Positions 1-12,700 of a stretch of DNA of 64,000 nucleotides are shown here, piece by piece. The stretch lies in assembly GCA_977017575.1 (NCBI GenBank), contig CDRNVI010000141.1, positions 21,352-85,351 on the forward strand. Direction: 5' to 3'. This DNA comes from Paramoeba atlantica. Its lineage: Eukaryota > Protista > Discosea. The position numbers were made by a program, and so were the translations under genes. Position 1 is the stretch's first letter. Each line of letters opens with the position of its first letter. The notes under the pieces are model-generated. The model searched no databases. It was given only the letters and a program-made list of their open reading frames with translations, and was not told where the DNA came from.

Positions 1-1683
1 GAGAATGGTTTTGGAAATTGCATTTGATTTTTTGGTCTTCACCATTTTGTCTGTGTTGTCTTTCAATTTCTTTTTGCTTTGCCTCACTTTCTTCTTATCT
101 TTCTCAATTATTTTCCATTTTTTCAACTGATAATTGTCTCAGTCTTTTCCTGAATTTGGCCATGTTTGAAACAATAAATTTAACTGTTTCAATCAAAACT
201 TGTCAAAGTTTTTCATTCAGTAATTTATATTTCCCATTTTCGAGGTTTGTAACCATTTTTTTAAGTTCTTTTGATTCCTGCTTCCACCCAAATTTGGTTG
301 GGAGATCCCCCAGCCATGCCCAGGCTTCCTTACTCATACCAAAACTCATTTCTTCAATCTTTCCTCCTTCCAAGGGGACTTTCACTGTGACTGACCCATC
401 CTTCTTCCCCTCTTCCTCACTTTCTTTCTCACTGTCAGCCTCTCTCCCTCTGATCATAATTATATCTCTGTCTCCATCTTCTTCCCTTTTTTCCTGTTCA
501 TTCACTTCCCTCTTTCCTTGTTCGTTCTTACCTTCCATTTCAGAGCCATTGCTCATTCCTTCCTCCTCACTCTCTGTTCCAGCAATTTCATCTTTTTCCT
601 TGAGGACCCGTTCTTCAGTTGGCATTTCTTTTTCATAAATAAATTTCATTCCTTCATACTTCTTTGTGTTTGTGATCATGATTTGGTCTTTCTCAAGACT
701 AGGGCTTTATTGCTCATCTTTGAAAAGCTTGCTAATAGCATCTTCTCCTTGTTTCCGAATGATCTCTACTGTGCAAGTAAGGCTTGCAGGATGGTTCACC
801 CCACATAGGGGGTACTCAACAAGGAGGTGGTATGGTTTGGTAGGCATTCAAATGAAACACTTGGCTTTAATCAAGGTGTTGATTTGGATGAATCCTTTGG
901 TCTTGGCAATAAGGTGGACTAGAGAGAGGAGGATGGACTTATAGAAGATGATGATGCAGTCATCAGAGACTTATACCATTTCTTTAAAATTGAGAGAGGG
1001 AAGGTGGTCCTCTCTATTAAATAAATTGTAAATCCACTCATTCTCTGAGACTTGGTAAGGGAGTTTGATCTTGATCCCCCACAAATGGGCATTATGATTG
1101 ATTCTCCAAATACAAGAACTCTCAAGTTGGTTGATGATCAGGTTTCCTTTCTCTTCAATAATAGATTGAATCATGAAGACATCCTCCTCTTTGTGGGCAA
1201 GGATAGCATAGTGTTTGGCCCTTGCCTCCACTCTAATACTTCCCTTGAGGTTGGTTTGGCTTTCAATAGCTTTCAGGAAGTTGGGGAAGATAGAGATCTC
1301 ATTGGAGAAGGCAAAAGTTCCTACTAGGAAGAGGGGGCATACTTTGGCTCCTTTGATGAGAGACAGGTTGAGTTTGGTAGCAAGGCAAGTGGACAGGGAA
1401 GCATTCTTAATATCAATCATCTCCCAAAGCTTGGCAATTGTTTGGTTCATACCTGGGACTGCTTTTTTCAGAAATAATGGTGCTGAATTAGCATTTCCTC
1501 CAGCAACTCTGCTGAAGGACAGGTTAAAGCTTTTGGAGGACATAATTGGATAGAGTAAGTTGAGAGCTATCAGCAGATATGCTCAGCTCCCTGTGGGGTG
1601 GTCTTCTACCACAGCAAATTTGAGAAAGGGAAGATAACAGCAAAAAAGAACCCTCAAATGATTCCTAAGGGTTTTTTTTTTAA
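1..1683 (-). mobile_element. Decayed non-LTR retrotransposon 5' end and ORF1 (gag-like), running off the window
   Basis: Stop-interrupted minus-strand frame (ORFs 971-1543, 203-679) with a Cys/His motif PLCGVNHPASLTC. Homologous to 2663-4790, which lies directly upstream of an AP-endonuclease start. Confidence 0.7.
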
Positions 1684-1752
1684 GTCTACTATATGATTTT
1701 CAGAGTCTTTATATCAATCATCTCCCAAAGCTTAGCAATTGTTTGGTTCATA

Positions 1753-2375
1753 TGTTGGAGTGAGACCTGCTTCCAACACAGAAGTTGTGCCTTTCAGTGC
1801 CTTTTCAGTGCCTTTAGAACCTTCCCTGAGCTTCCCCAGGCTTCCTTGAGCCTCCTTGAGCCTTCCCTGAGCTTCCTTGATGCCTTTTATTATGAGTTTT
1901 AGTCCTTTCAGAGAGCTCTGAGCCTCACAGACAGCCATGTGCCATTTTATTATAATTTTAGCTAAAATCATAAGATTTTTTGTGCTCTTTTTATTCAATT
2001 TTCATGTTTGTGTTTTGCCCCCTTTTTCTTGCTGCTTTGCTGCTTTCTGCCTTCTTTCTGCTTTCTTGTCACTTTCTCTCTTTCTTTCTGCTTTCCTTTG
2101 TGATTTTTTGGCTTGCTTTGCTTGCTTTCTGTTTTCTTCTTTTGTTGTTATCATATTTTGTTGCTTTCTTCCTTCTTTGGTTGCTGTGTTGACTTGGGAT
2201 TCTGATTTAAGTTGAGTTTCAGCAATTCTGTGCTTTTCTCAGTTGTGATTCCTTTTGTTGTTCTTCTTTTTGCTTTTCTGTTTCTTTGTTGTTGTTTTCT
2301 TGTTCTATTAGTGTTGGCTGGGGATCCTTCTTATAAAGGTTTTAATTCAAAGTTTCTGTTTCTCTTTCTTTTCTC
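1753..2375 (-). mobile_element. Fragment of an LTR-type gag region, same family as 27003-28330
   Basis: Aligns by eye with 27976-28330 (tgttggagtgagacc..., gagcttccctga run, ...tataaaggtttt), with coiled-coil-like translation KEAQGRLKEAQGSLGKL. Confidence 0.55.
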
Positions 2376-2422
2376 TTGTTTTCTCTGTTGATTCTGCTCC
2401 CCTCCTCACATCTATCCTCACA

Positions 2423-2662
2423 CATACCTGGAACTGTTTTTTTCAGGAATAATGGTGTTGAATTAGTGTTTCCTCCAGCAACTCTGCTGAAGGACAAGTT
2501 AGAGCTTTTGGAGGACATAATTGGATGGAGTAAGTTGAGAGCTATCAGCAGATATGCTCAACTTCCTGTGGGGTGGTTTTCTACCACAGCAAACTTGAGA
2601 AAGGGAAGATAATAGCAAAAAAGAACCCTCAGATAACTTCTAAGGGTTTTTTTTTTTTTTTA
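2423..2662 (-). mobile_element. ~240-bp 5'-terminal fragment of the same non-LTR family
   Basis: Diverged copy of 1450-1683 and 2970-3203; all three end on the + strand in aagggtttttttt(t)a. Confidence 0.75.
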
Positions 2663-5480
2663 GTTTCCTTTCTCTTCAATAATAGATTGGATCATAAAAC
2701 TATCTTCCTCCTTGTGGGCAAGGATGGCATAGTGTTTGGTTCTTGCCTCCACTCTAATACTTCTCTTGAGGTTGGTTTGACTTTCAATAGCTCTCAGGAA
2801 GTTGGGGAAGGTAGGAATCTCATTGAGGAAGGCAAAAGCTTCTACTGGGGAGAGGGGGCATACTCTGGCTCCTTTAATGAGAGACAAGTTGAGTTTGGTA
2901 GCAAGGTGAGTGGAAAGGGAGGCATTCTTAATATCAATCATCTCCCAAAGCTTAGCAATCATTTGGTTCATATCTGAGACTGCTTTTTTCAAAAATAGTA
3001 GTATTGAATTAGCATTTCCTCCAGCAACTCTGTTGAAAAACAAGTTAAAGCTTTTGGAAGACATAATTGGATAGAGTAAGTTGAGGACTATCAGCAGATA
3101 TGCTCAGCTCCCTGTGGGGTGGTCTTCTACCACAGCAAACTTGAAAAAGAGAAGATATCAGCAAAAAAGAACCCTCAGATGATTTCTAAGGGTTTTTTTT
3201 TTAGAAGAAGGAGGATATCCTCATAATTCAATCTATTATTAAAAAGAAAGGAAACCTGATCACCAACCAACTCAAGAGTTCTTGTATTTGGAGAGTTAAT
3301 CATGATGTCCATTTGTGAGGGATCAAGATCAAACTCTCTTTTCAAGTTTCAGAGAATGAGTGGATTTACAATTTATTCAATAGAGAACCACCTTCCCTCT
3401 CTCAATCTCAAAGAAGTGGTACAAGTCTCTGAGGACTGCATCATCATCTTCTACAAATCCATTCCCCTCTCTCTAGTTTGCCTTATTGCCAAGACCAAAG
3501 AATTCATCCAAATCAATATTTTGATTAAAGCCAAGTGTTCCATTTGAACACCAATCAAACCATACCACCTCCTTATTGAGTGCCCCTTCTGTGGGGTGAA
3601 CCATCTTGCAAGCCTTACTTGCACTGTAGAGATTATTCAGAAACAAGGAGAAGATGCCATCAGCAAGCTTTTTGAAGAAGAACAACAAAACTTTAGTCTT
3701 GAAAAAGACCAAATCATGATCACAAATGCAAAGAAGTATGAAGAAATGAAATTTATTGATGAAAAAGAAACATCAACTAAAGAACAGTGCCTTAAGGAAA
3801 AAGATAAAATTGCTGAAATGGAGAGTGAAAAGAAAGAAATGAGCAAAGGCTCTAAAACACAAGGTAAGAATGAATAAAAAAAGAGGGAAGTGAATGAACA
3901 GAAAAGAAGGGAAGAGGATGGTGATGGAGATATAATTATAATCAAAAGAAGAAAGACTGATAGTAAGGAAGAAAACAAGGAAGAAGAGAAGAGTGATGGG
4001 TCAGTCACAATGAAAATCCCTTTGAAAGGAGGAGAGATTGAGGAAATAAGTTTTGGTATGAGTGAGAAAGCTTGAGCATGGCTGGGGGATCTTCCAACCC
4101 AATTCAGGTGGAAGCAGGGAATGAAAAAACTAAAAAAAATAGTTACAAACCTTGAAAATAGCAAATATGAATTACTGAACAAAAAGCTTCAATAAGTTTT
4201 AATTGAAACAGTTCAATTTATTACTTCAAACATAGCTAAATTCAAGAAAAGACCAAGACAATTATCAGCAGAAGAAACAGAAGAAATAATCAATAAAGAT
4301 AGAGAAAAAGTGAGGCAAAGCAAAAAGAAATTGAAAGGCAATACAAATAAAATGTTAGAAGCTAAAAAATTGAATATAATTTCCAAAACCATTCTTGCAG
4401 GGAAGGAAAAAAATAACAGGATGAGAAATTCTAGAGGTGTTTTTTTCTCTTCTCCCTCCACTGATGTCCCCTCCCCTTCTCCTTCCACTGATGTCACTTC
4501 CCCTTCTTCCTCCACTGGTGTCCCTTCTCCTACTTCCTTCACTGGTGTCCAGAGTGTTCCTCTCTCCAAAGATGTCCTTGATGGAGTTCCTGGATCACAA
4601 GCTAAAAAAATAACCCAAAAAAAGAACATTGTTACTGGCCTACAAAATCAGAAAAACATTACCTTTTTTAGTAATTTAGATGAACATAAATTTTCAACTT
4701 TTTCATTTGGTTTTCATTCTAGCAATGGCCAAAAAATTGCTGATTCTCCCTTTCCCTCTTGTTCTTAGGATGCCAGTCTTGATAGAAGCTTAAAATCATC
4801 CCCAAATAACCCTCAGGAAAGCTTTTCTATTGTTTAAAAGGAAAAGAGGAAAAGTTTAAAGAAAAAAAGGAAAAAAAAAAAAGAAAAAACCAGAAAAAAA
4901 AGGAAAAAAGTTGAAAGAAAGTTCTAAGTTAGAAGTTAATTAAAAAAAAAAAAAAGAAATACCAGAAGATAGAGTGAAAGATGGTGAACAAAAAGAAAAA
5001 AAAAGAAAAAAAGAATAATCAAAATATCAAAAAGTATGGATTCCTTTAATCTCCCCCCCTGAGATTTGATGCTCAACTTCAACCCTCTCCTTTAATGGTT
5101 GTCAATAAGTCCCAACTAATTTCTCAACTTCCTATTCCCCCCACCTCCCTCAACTTCCCTTTCCCCCAAGAGAGACTTTGTGATTTTCAAATCCTCTCTC
5201 TGAAATCTAACCCTCTTAATTTACTCCAAATTCAATGTTTTTCTTGTTTCCCTAACTTGAAAGTTCTCTCCTGGAATATAAACAAGCTTCAAAATAAAGA
5301 AAAACTCAAGATCTGTAAAAGAATAGCAGCTAGTTCCTGCCTTCTATTCTTTTTTTTTTTCCACTAAACATCAGAAAATGCTATTAATTTATTAAGGTAA
5401 AAAACCATCATATAGATAGAAAAGATAGTTTAGGTTTTACCAATTGGTAACATAGACATGGTTAATAATATTTAAATTAA
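2663..5480 (+). mobile_element. Non-LTR element with inverted 5' segment (2663-3203, minus), then ORF1 (3204-4790) and start of the ORF2 AP endonuclease (~5240-5480) on plus
   Basis: The ORF1 pieces join with a ~50-nt overlap (KEEDxxxIQSIIxxKGN on both sides). LKVLSWNINKL matches the L1-type APE start motif (SWNvrGL). Confidence 0.7.
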
Positions 5481-5816
5481 TTAATTCTTAGAATAGTTAG
5501 TTAATCTTCATCATCACTTGGAGGAAGTTTACCTTCTTTAAAGATTACATATCTTCTTTTTTTTTTTTTTCTTTTCTTTCTGTTCTTTTCATTATTCAAC
5601 ATACTTTCACATAACTTGTCACTTAGGATTGAAGTAGAATATATATTATAGAGGTTTTTAGAAAGGGCTACAGGTGTTATCAAGGTTCCATCAAAAGAGA
5701 GAGGTTTGGAGAAGTATACCACTTGAATTGTAATCACTAAACCTTGAAATTTCCTCAAGAGTGTGGAAAAAGGGATAGAATAACTTTAATCATACTTAAG
5801 GGAGTTGTTCAATTTA

Positions 5817-6140
5817 TTTTTTCTTTTTAACACTGGACTTTATTAGGTAATGGTCTAACTCAAAGCTATTAATTTTTTAAGGTTAAAGATAATGAGGATA
5901 GAGTTTCACTTCTTTAGGTTTAAATGGTCCAAAGACCTTTAATTCACTTAAACTCCTTCTCAGGAACTTTATTTTCTGCTTTTTAGTAGATAGAGTAAAG
6001 AATAACCTGTTCTGTTTTTCACATTCAAGTGAGCAAGAAGAGAAAATAATATTTTTAATATTTTCTTCTTTGAAATTTGAACCTACAACCCCAAATTGAA
6101 GCAATAGCTGTTTTACCAACTAAGCCATCATGCCACAATT
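5817..6140 (-). repeat. 324-bp diverged copy of 6931-7254, flanked by a 16-bp direct repeat (probable TSD)
   Basis: Flanks ggagttgttcaattta (5801-5816) and ggggttgttcagttta (6141-6156) are 14/16 identical; the insert ends in an A-rich tract on the minus strand. Confidence 0.8.
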
Positions 6141-6224
6141 GGGGTTGTTCAGTTTAGTCTATAAAAAAGAGTTATCAACAATCCATTTTTCTTCAGTTTT
6201 TCCAACTTGTCTAATACAAAGATT

Positions 6225-6794
6225 TCATTTGAGATCATTAACAGCAGCTATTTCATCCATAACTGACCAACTAACAGCAGTAGCAATAGCATCAGCATGT
6301 TTGTTGAGTTTATAAAAAATATGAATAAATTTAATATCTTCAAATCTAACAGCAGTTGCTCTAATCTCAATCAACAAGAGGTTAAGTTCATGATTACTAA
6401 TATTGTAATTCTTAGGAGCTGCCTTAATTAATATCATATAATCACCAACAATTTAGATGTAAGAACCCAAACCTCTTGCACTCTTTAATCTCAAGAAATA
6501 GCTTTTGAATTCATTAACATTATTTGTACTGAAGAAAATAGTTTCAACATCAATCAGAATTTCCTTTCCATCTCTGAAAATAGCATAGTTAGCACCACCA
6601 AGGTGAGGATCAGTACAACTTGAACCATCATAGAAAACTTGTAAGTCTTTAAACTTGAACTTTTCAATCTCTCTCTTTTTCTTTGCAGAGGTTGGGTTTT
6701 TACAAAGAGGTTTGGGAAGGAATTTATTCTTTTTTAAGATTTTGTAAAAGATATCAATAGCATACTCAGCAAATTGAGATCCTTCAGCACACAC
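6225..6794 (-). pseudogene. RNase H domain (archaeal/plant-type RNase HI) of the non-LTR element
   Basis: VFYDGSS...GGA...STNNVNEF and IHIFYKLNKHADAIA match YFDGAS..G.AG..TNN.AEY..H..R..NK.ADALA; split by a frameshift. Confidence 0.8.
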
Positions 6795-8856
6795 AGTTAT
6801 TCACAGTGTAAGTAAGACAGCACTCACTATTGAGGTGAAGAGGTTTGAGCAGTATTGAACAGTAAGTTCACACACAAAGAAAGAGGATTCTCAAGATGGA
6901 AGTTTCAACTTTATGCAGCTTTGTCCCATCTTTTTTCTTTTTAACACTGGACTTTATTAGGTAATAGCCTAACCCAAAGCCACTAATTTTTTAAGGTTAA
7001 AAATAACAAAGATAGAGTTTCACTTCTTTAGGTTTAAATGGTCCAAAGACCTTTAATTCACTTAAACTCCTTTTCAAGGAATTTATTCTCTGCTTTTTAG
7101 CAAATAGGGCAGAGAATAATCTATTCCATTTTTCACATTCAAGTGAGCAAAAAGAGAAAATAATGTTTTTAATATTTTCCTCTTTGGGATTTGAACCTGT
7201 AACCCTGAATTGAAGCAATAGTTATTTTACCAACTAAGCCATTATGCCACAATTAGCTTCATTCCATCTTCTCAAGGTAGCTTTTAGCACAAATACAAGT
7301 TTCAAGGAGGTGGGTTCAAGATTCTTTTTCTTTCTTACATAATCAACAGGTAGGAGGTTTCAAAGTAAAATGGGAGATCTTATCCATTATAGAGAGACCA
7401 TGAATCAAGAATTTGGTAAGATTTCATTGGAGCTGAGGTTTAAAAGTATAAGCTAAGTTGTAGACAATACATTTGATCTTTCCATCCTCTTGGTAGATAT
7501 CTTTAAGCACAATAGGTACTTGATGAGAAAGGGAATTATAGTTTGTTTTGGTTAGGCCTCTCAAAGTCACTTCTTTAGAGATTTTTGAAGCAGCAGAGTA
7601 AGCATCAAGTCTCATAGCTCCAATGGCCAAGAGATTCTTGTATTCATAACTTAAAGGTTTATGAGAGATAAGAAGAGCCCAATTGAAGAGAATGAAATGG
7701 TGAACCTGACATTTACTACCCATAAGAGAATGGCAAGCAGTTAAAATGGTGGTTTTTAGATTGGCATATGCTCCCAAGGCAGCTTGAATGAGTTTCCATA
7801 CTATCACAGATACAGATTGAGGGATAAGTTTAAAGCAGGCCAAGTAACTCATACAGGGAATTAAGTAGGTGTTAATTATCCTTACTTTTACTGCAAAGGG
7901 CCCTCCTTGATTCTTAATGGCCTTACTTACTCCTTGCATCTTTTCACATACTTTAAATCAATCCTTCTTTAATTCCATCTTACAGTTTATTCACACACCT
8001 AAATAAGTTATCTCATTGCTTTTAAAGTTGGTTTTGGGCATTGCAGACCAAGGGCTAGAAGGTTTATACATTTGAGTTATCAAAACAAAGCATTTTGAGT
8101 AATTCAAGAGAACACCAGTTGCCTTTTCATACTTCTGAAAAGTGGGGGTCAAGAGGTTAATGGTGTTAACTTTTTTCAGGAGTAGTCCAAGGTCATCCAT
8201 GAAACCAGAGAGCTTCTCAAGAGGGTGGTTCTTGTTGAGGCTCACCAGCAATAAATCAAAGATAATTAGGAAGAGAAGAGGGGAGATTGGGCAGCTTTGT
8301 TGAACTTCAGTTCTACTGGTAATAGAGTTAGCTGGAGAGGAGCTAGGTTTCCCTTCAATTGAGGGTAACCAAGTTTTAGAGGGGTGGAATACTTTCTCAA
8401 TCACAAAGATAGCTTGGAAAGGAGCCTTCAATCTCTTCAAGATGTGAATTAGAGCATCACAGTTTACATAATCATAAGCCTTGTAGAAGTCAGTTTGGAA
8501 GAATAATATTTTATTCATTGGCCAAAGCTTCATAGAAGACATCATAAATTGTTTTCACAGTTGCATCAATTGATTTCCCCTTAAACATTGCATGTTAAGT
8601 ATCAGAGATTACTCCACTTGCAATTTCAGAAAACCAAAAAGCTTAATATTGTATTACAATTCAATAATCAGAGTTTGTTACACTTATAAGTCTGAACTGG
8701 TTAGAGCAAAAAATGTTCTCAACCTTGGGAATCAAACACAATTAGCTTTCTCCAAAGGAATTAGGGAATTTTATACTCTCTCCTGCTTGTTGAATCAATT
8801 TAATCCACATCTTTTGATATTTCTTATAAGTTTTCTAATAGAGGGAAAAGAGATTT

Positions 8857-9450
8857 CCAGACAAATTACAAATAAAATTGTACTTTTTACACAATTTTAC
8901 AATTTATTTGACTTATTTACAAAAAAAAAAACATATTTCCCTTTGTTTTTGATCATTTCCCAACCACTTTTTTCAATGTCTATTTGTATTATTTTCATTT
9001 TTAGAAAATTGTTATTCAGTTTTTGATGTTTAAAAGTTCATTTCCAAACAAGTTACAAATAAAATTGAATATTTTACTCAATTTTACAATTTATTTGACT
9101 TATTTATAAAAAAAACTAAAAAACTAAAAAACTGAAAAACTGAAAAACTGAAAAACTGAAAAATTGGAAAATTGGAAAATTGGAAAATTGGAAAATTGGA
9201 AAATTAGAAAATTAGAAAATTGGAAAATTGGAAAATTGGAAAATTGGAAAATTGGAAAATTGAAAAATTGAAAAATTAAAAGAATTGAACTTGAGACTTC
9301 AAAAATGAAAAATTGAAGAAAAGAACAACTAAACTATCATACTCATCTTTAAAAAAACAAAAAAATAAGAAAGTTAATGAGATTAATTTAAATTTTTTTT
9401 TATTTTTTCTCTTTTAACATCATTTCTTTTGTATTAATCTTTTATATTTC
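8857..9450. repeat. Composite repeat: ~187-bp satellite unit, 8-bp (GGAAAATT-type) array at ~9113-9280, and a ~170-bp tail
   Basis: Same module order and sequence as 40440-41480. Confidence 0.85.
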
Positions 9451-9566
9451 TTCTTCAAAATAAAATCTAAAACTAATATCTTTTTCACTACTTTTTAAAT
9501 TAAAAACTTTTCAAAATATTATTTTATCATATAAAAGAGTTTTTTATTCAAACTTTAAATCTTAAT

Positions 9567-9783
9567 TAAGTTTAAAAAAATATTCAAATATGAAATATTA
9601 TAAATATATATAACATCTTTATTTAAATTCTTGTTGAATTCAATTCAATTGATTAAAGTTCATTATCATTAATATTCTTATTACTACATTTTCTTTTCTT
9701 CACTTTTCCACTTCTTGATTTTCCCAGTTTTCAATTGTACTTCTTTAAACTATTGAAACCTTAGAAGTAAAATAAAATCTACC
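9567..9783 (+). repeat. Degenerate 5' LTR, followed by PBS-like ttggtaatgc
   Basis: Aligns with 14797-15004 at roughly 70-75% by eye; TGG follows immediately after the LTR end. Confidence 0.7.
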
Positions 9784-12700
9784 TTGGTAATGCTTCAATT
9801 TGAATAACCAATAGAAGAAGCATTTGATCTTGAGAAATTGCTTAGAGGAAACTCCAAGCAGAACAATTGGTGAAGGCAATTCATTTCCTGGTTATGCAAA
9901 ATGAAGAGTTGGTGTGAATAAAGAAGGAGTTTTTAAAGATGAAAGAACCAAATTACAAATCTTAGAAACAACATTGGAAATTGGTAATTAAAGATGTGAA
10001 TTTCCAAAACCCAGTCCAAGCTTCTCAATTTTGCATCTAAAAAAAGAGTATTAAACAAGATATTTGACCAAACATACTTGAGTTCAGAAAACAAATCAAG
10101 TTTGCAAGGGCAATTGAAAGTCATTAGGCCAAAAGTTGGATGGATTACCTTTGAATTTGTTGTGTACCCTTAATAGATTCTTTGGTGAGAAAGTTGTCCT
10201 TATGGAACAGCAGAAGTTTGATCTTTTTTGAGTACCTGATAAAAAAGTTACTAATCAAGAATTTCAGGTGGTAACTACAGAATATTTGCACCTGTTCTTG
10301 AAGATAAGAGAAACTCCCTTTCAGGAAATCTATGTGAAGGAAGCAATGTGAGAATTCAAAAATCCAATCTTCCAAGATCTAAATAAAGTGTCTGTTAGGG
10401 GGGGAACAGATGAGTATTAAAGAACCAAAGAAAAATTGAAGAGGAGTGAACCAATAACCTGTTTTCTTTCATCCCTGGATGAGCACTGTGGATAGATATG
10501 GTGATGCTGCAGCAAAGAAATATAAACATATGAGTCTTGTTAATTGGAACAAAAGAGTTCCAAGAAAGAGAGGATGTGGGGATTTCAGTTGGAAAATACT
10601 TTACTTGTGAACTCCTTGGATGTGGGATATTAACTCTTGAAGAACTTAAAGAAAAAGCAAATGATTTGTCAATTCTTTTAAGAGTAAAAAGGAATTTACT
10701 CAAAATACTTGGCAACAAGACAAGATGGTGGTCAAGATGAGTGAAAATGGCTTCACAATCCATATTGGCAACCTAGTAAGAGACTTGAATCCTAAAATAT
10801 ACCAAATAAATAATAAACTGTTCAACATACCTTGCATGGTCAATGATATTTACTACACAAGCACTTTGTGATTCTAGGGCTTGCAGGATAGATGTTGTGG
10901 CAAGAACATTCCTGAATAAAGCAATTCCCAAACTTTAGAGACCATTACAAAGGAAATTACATTTCCTTAGCTGACAAATCATCAATAATGCCAACTGAAG
11001 AAGTTCACTCCTTCCCAATCCCAGAGAGATTGGAGAATTAAAAATAACTACACAAACAAGATTGGATCCTAGATCAATTTTAGCAGTTGAGGTCAGACAG
11101 AAAAAAAAAGCTCTACAACTGAGATTTGATCATGTGAGACAATATATCTACACTACTTGAATTGAGATTATGAATGTTGGAAATACCTCATTCTCACTTG
11201 AAAAAGGGTCTACATGTTGTAAAACACATTAATGTTACAGAAAAGAATGCAGAACAAACCATTGCAAAACCTCTTGATAAAAGACCAGTAAAACTTCACC
11301 AAAAGAAGTCAGATGAAAGAATGTATAAAGATAAATTGGTCACTCCAGAACTACAGCCTCAAGAGGACTGCCATGGAATGGCAAAACACATGTGCAATCA
11401 AGGAGGTTGGGGATTCTCAGAAGAAATAGCATCAATGTTCTTTAGCAAATATCCTGTTGAGAGATGGTCAGAAAAATCTGGAAGAAGATGAAAAGATGAT
11501 TCCAGAGGAATATGAGGAGTTCACAAAGAAAACTGACCTCACTCTTAGTGATCTCAATCTTGATCAAATGATTCAACTCTGTAAACTCTTTGAAAAATAC
11601 AAAGAAATGTGGGACATACTTAGCAATGCTCCAATCATGCATACAGATGCAACAGAGTTCAAAATTGAACTTAAAGATGAAACTCAAAAGCCTTTTAGAT
11701 GAGCTTATTATACAAAGGAGACAGTCAAAAGGACAATTGAAGAGAATCAAATCCAAGAAATGGCCAAGAGAAGAGTCATCCAATCATCAAATTCACCATG
11801 TTAGTGGCAAAAAAGCAAATGAAAAAGTCTGATTCTGTATGGATTACAGAGAATTAAATGAAAGGACTAAGAAATGGAGTTATCTAATACCAAAAAAATT
11901 AATGATGTGTTGTCATACCTGGGTGAATCTTCATTCTTTTCAACATTGGATATGACTGCAGCATTTTAGTCAATCCCAATCCAAGAGGAAGACAAGGGAA
12001 AAATGGCTTTTGTTCACAATTCAGGCTGTGGGAATGGAATTCAATGCCATTTGGATTAACAAATGCTCTGGCAACACAGCAACATTTTATAGATACAATA
12101 CTTGCTGGCTTGCAATGATATATATCTGTATTAATTATGTTGATGACATAGTTATCTTCTCAAAAACCTTTGAGAAACATATTCAATCACTAGTAGAGAA
12201 AGTGCTGGATAGATTAAAGGAAAATAAGTTGCAAATTAACCTGAGTAAAGTGGTGAAAGATCTTTCACATTACTTGGATATACAGCAACAAAGGATGGAA
12301 TTTTGGCTAATGACAAGAAAGTCAAGGCCATAAAACATTTTCCACAACCAACCAATCAAAAGGAATTACAATCACTCTTAGGATTGGTTAGTTGGTGTAG
12401 GAGATTCATCCACAATTGTTCTCAAAAAACATATCACCTTCGAGAATTATTGCTACAACCATTATTTGAATAGGTTAAGAAGGCAGATAATGAATTTCAG
12501 GAAATGAAGGAAACAATTGCAAGAATACCAATGCCAAATTTCAGAAAAACATTCTATATTCATGTGGACACATCAAAAAATGGTTATGATTCAATACTGA
12601 CACAACACCCTGATGATCCTCTTGATAAACCAGCACCAAAAAGGTCAGAAATACCAAAAAAGCACAAAATAGTCGCTTTCACAAGTCTGGCTTTGCCAAA

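Larger units (their letters stand above)
5490..8590 (-). mobile_element. 5'-truncated L1/Tx1-like ORF2: reverse transcriptase, RNase H and C-terminal region
   Basis: RT motifs DFYKAYD, QSCPISPLLF (QGCP) and FMDD in 7991-8545, continuing in 7424-7939. The frame ends PPSDDED* at 5501. Confidence 0.9.

Noticed and set aside
9113-9280. GGAAAATT arrays as true telomeric repeats
   Set aside because: They are internal, heterogeneous, embedded in a larger repeat module, and not a recognised telomere motif.
9784-9800. PBS complementary to the local tRNA-Arg
   Set aside because: The sequence after TGG does not match the 3' end of the tRNA at 62006-62078.
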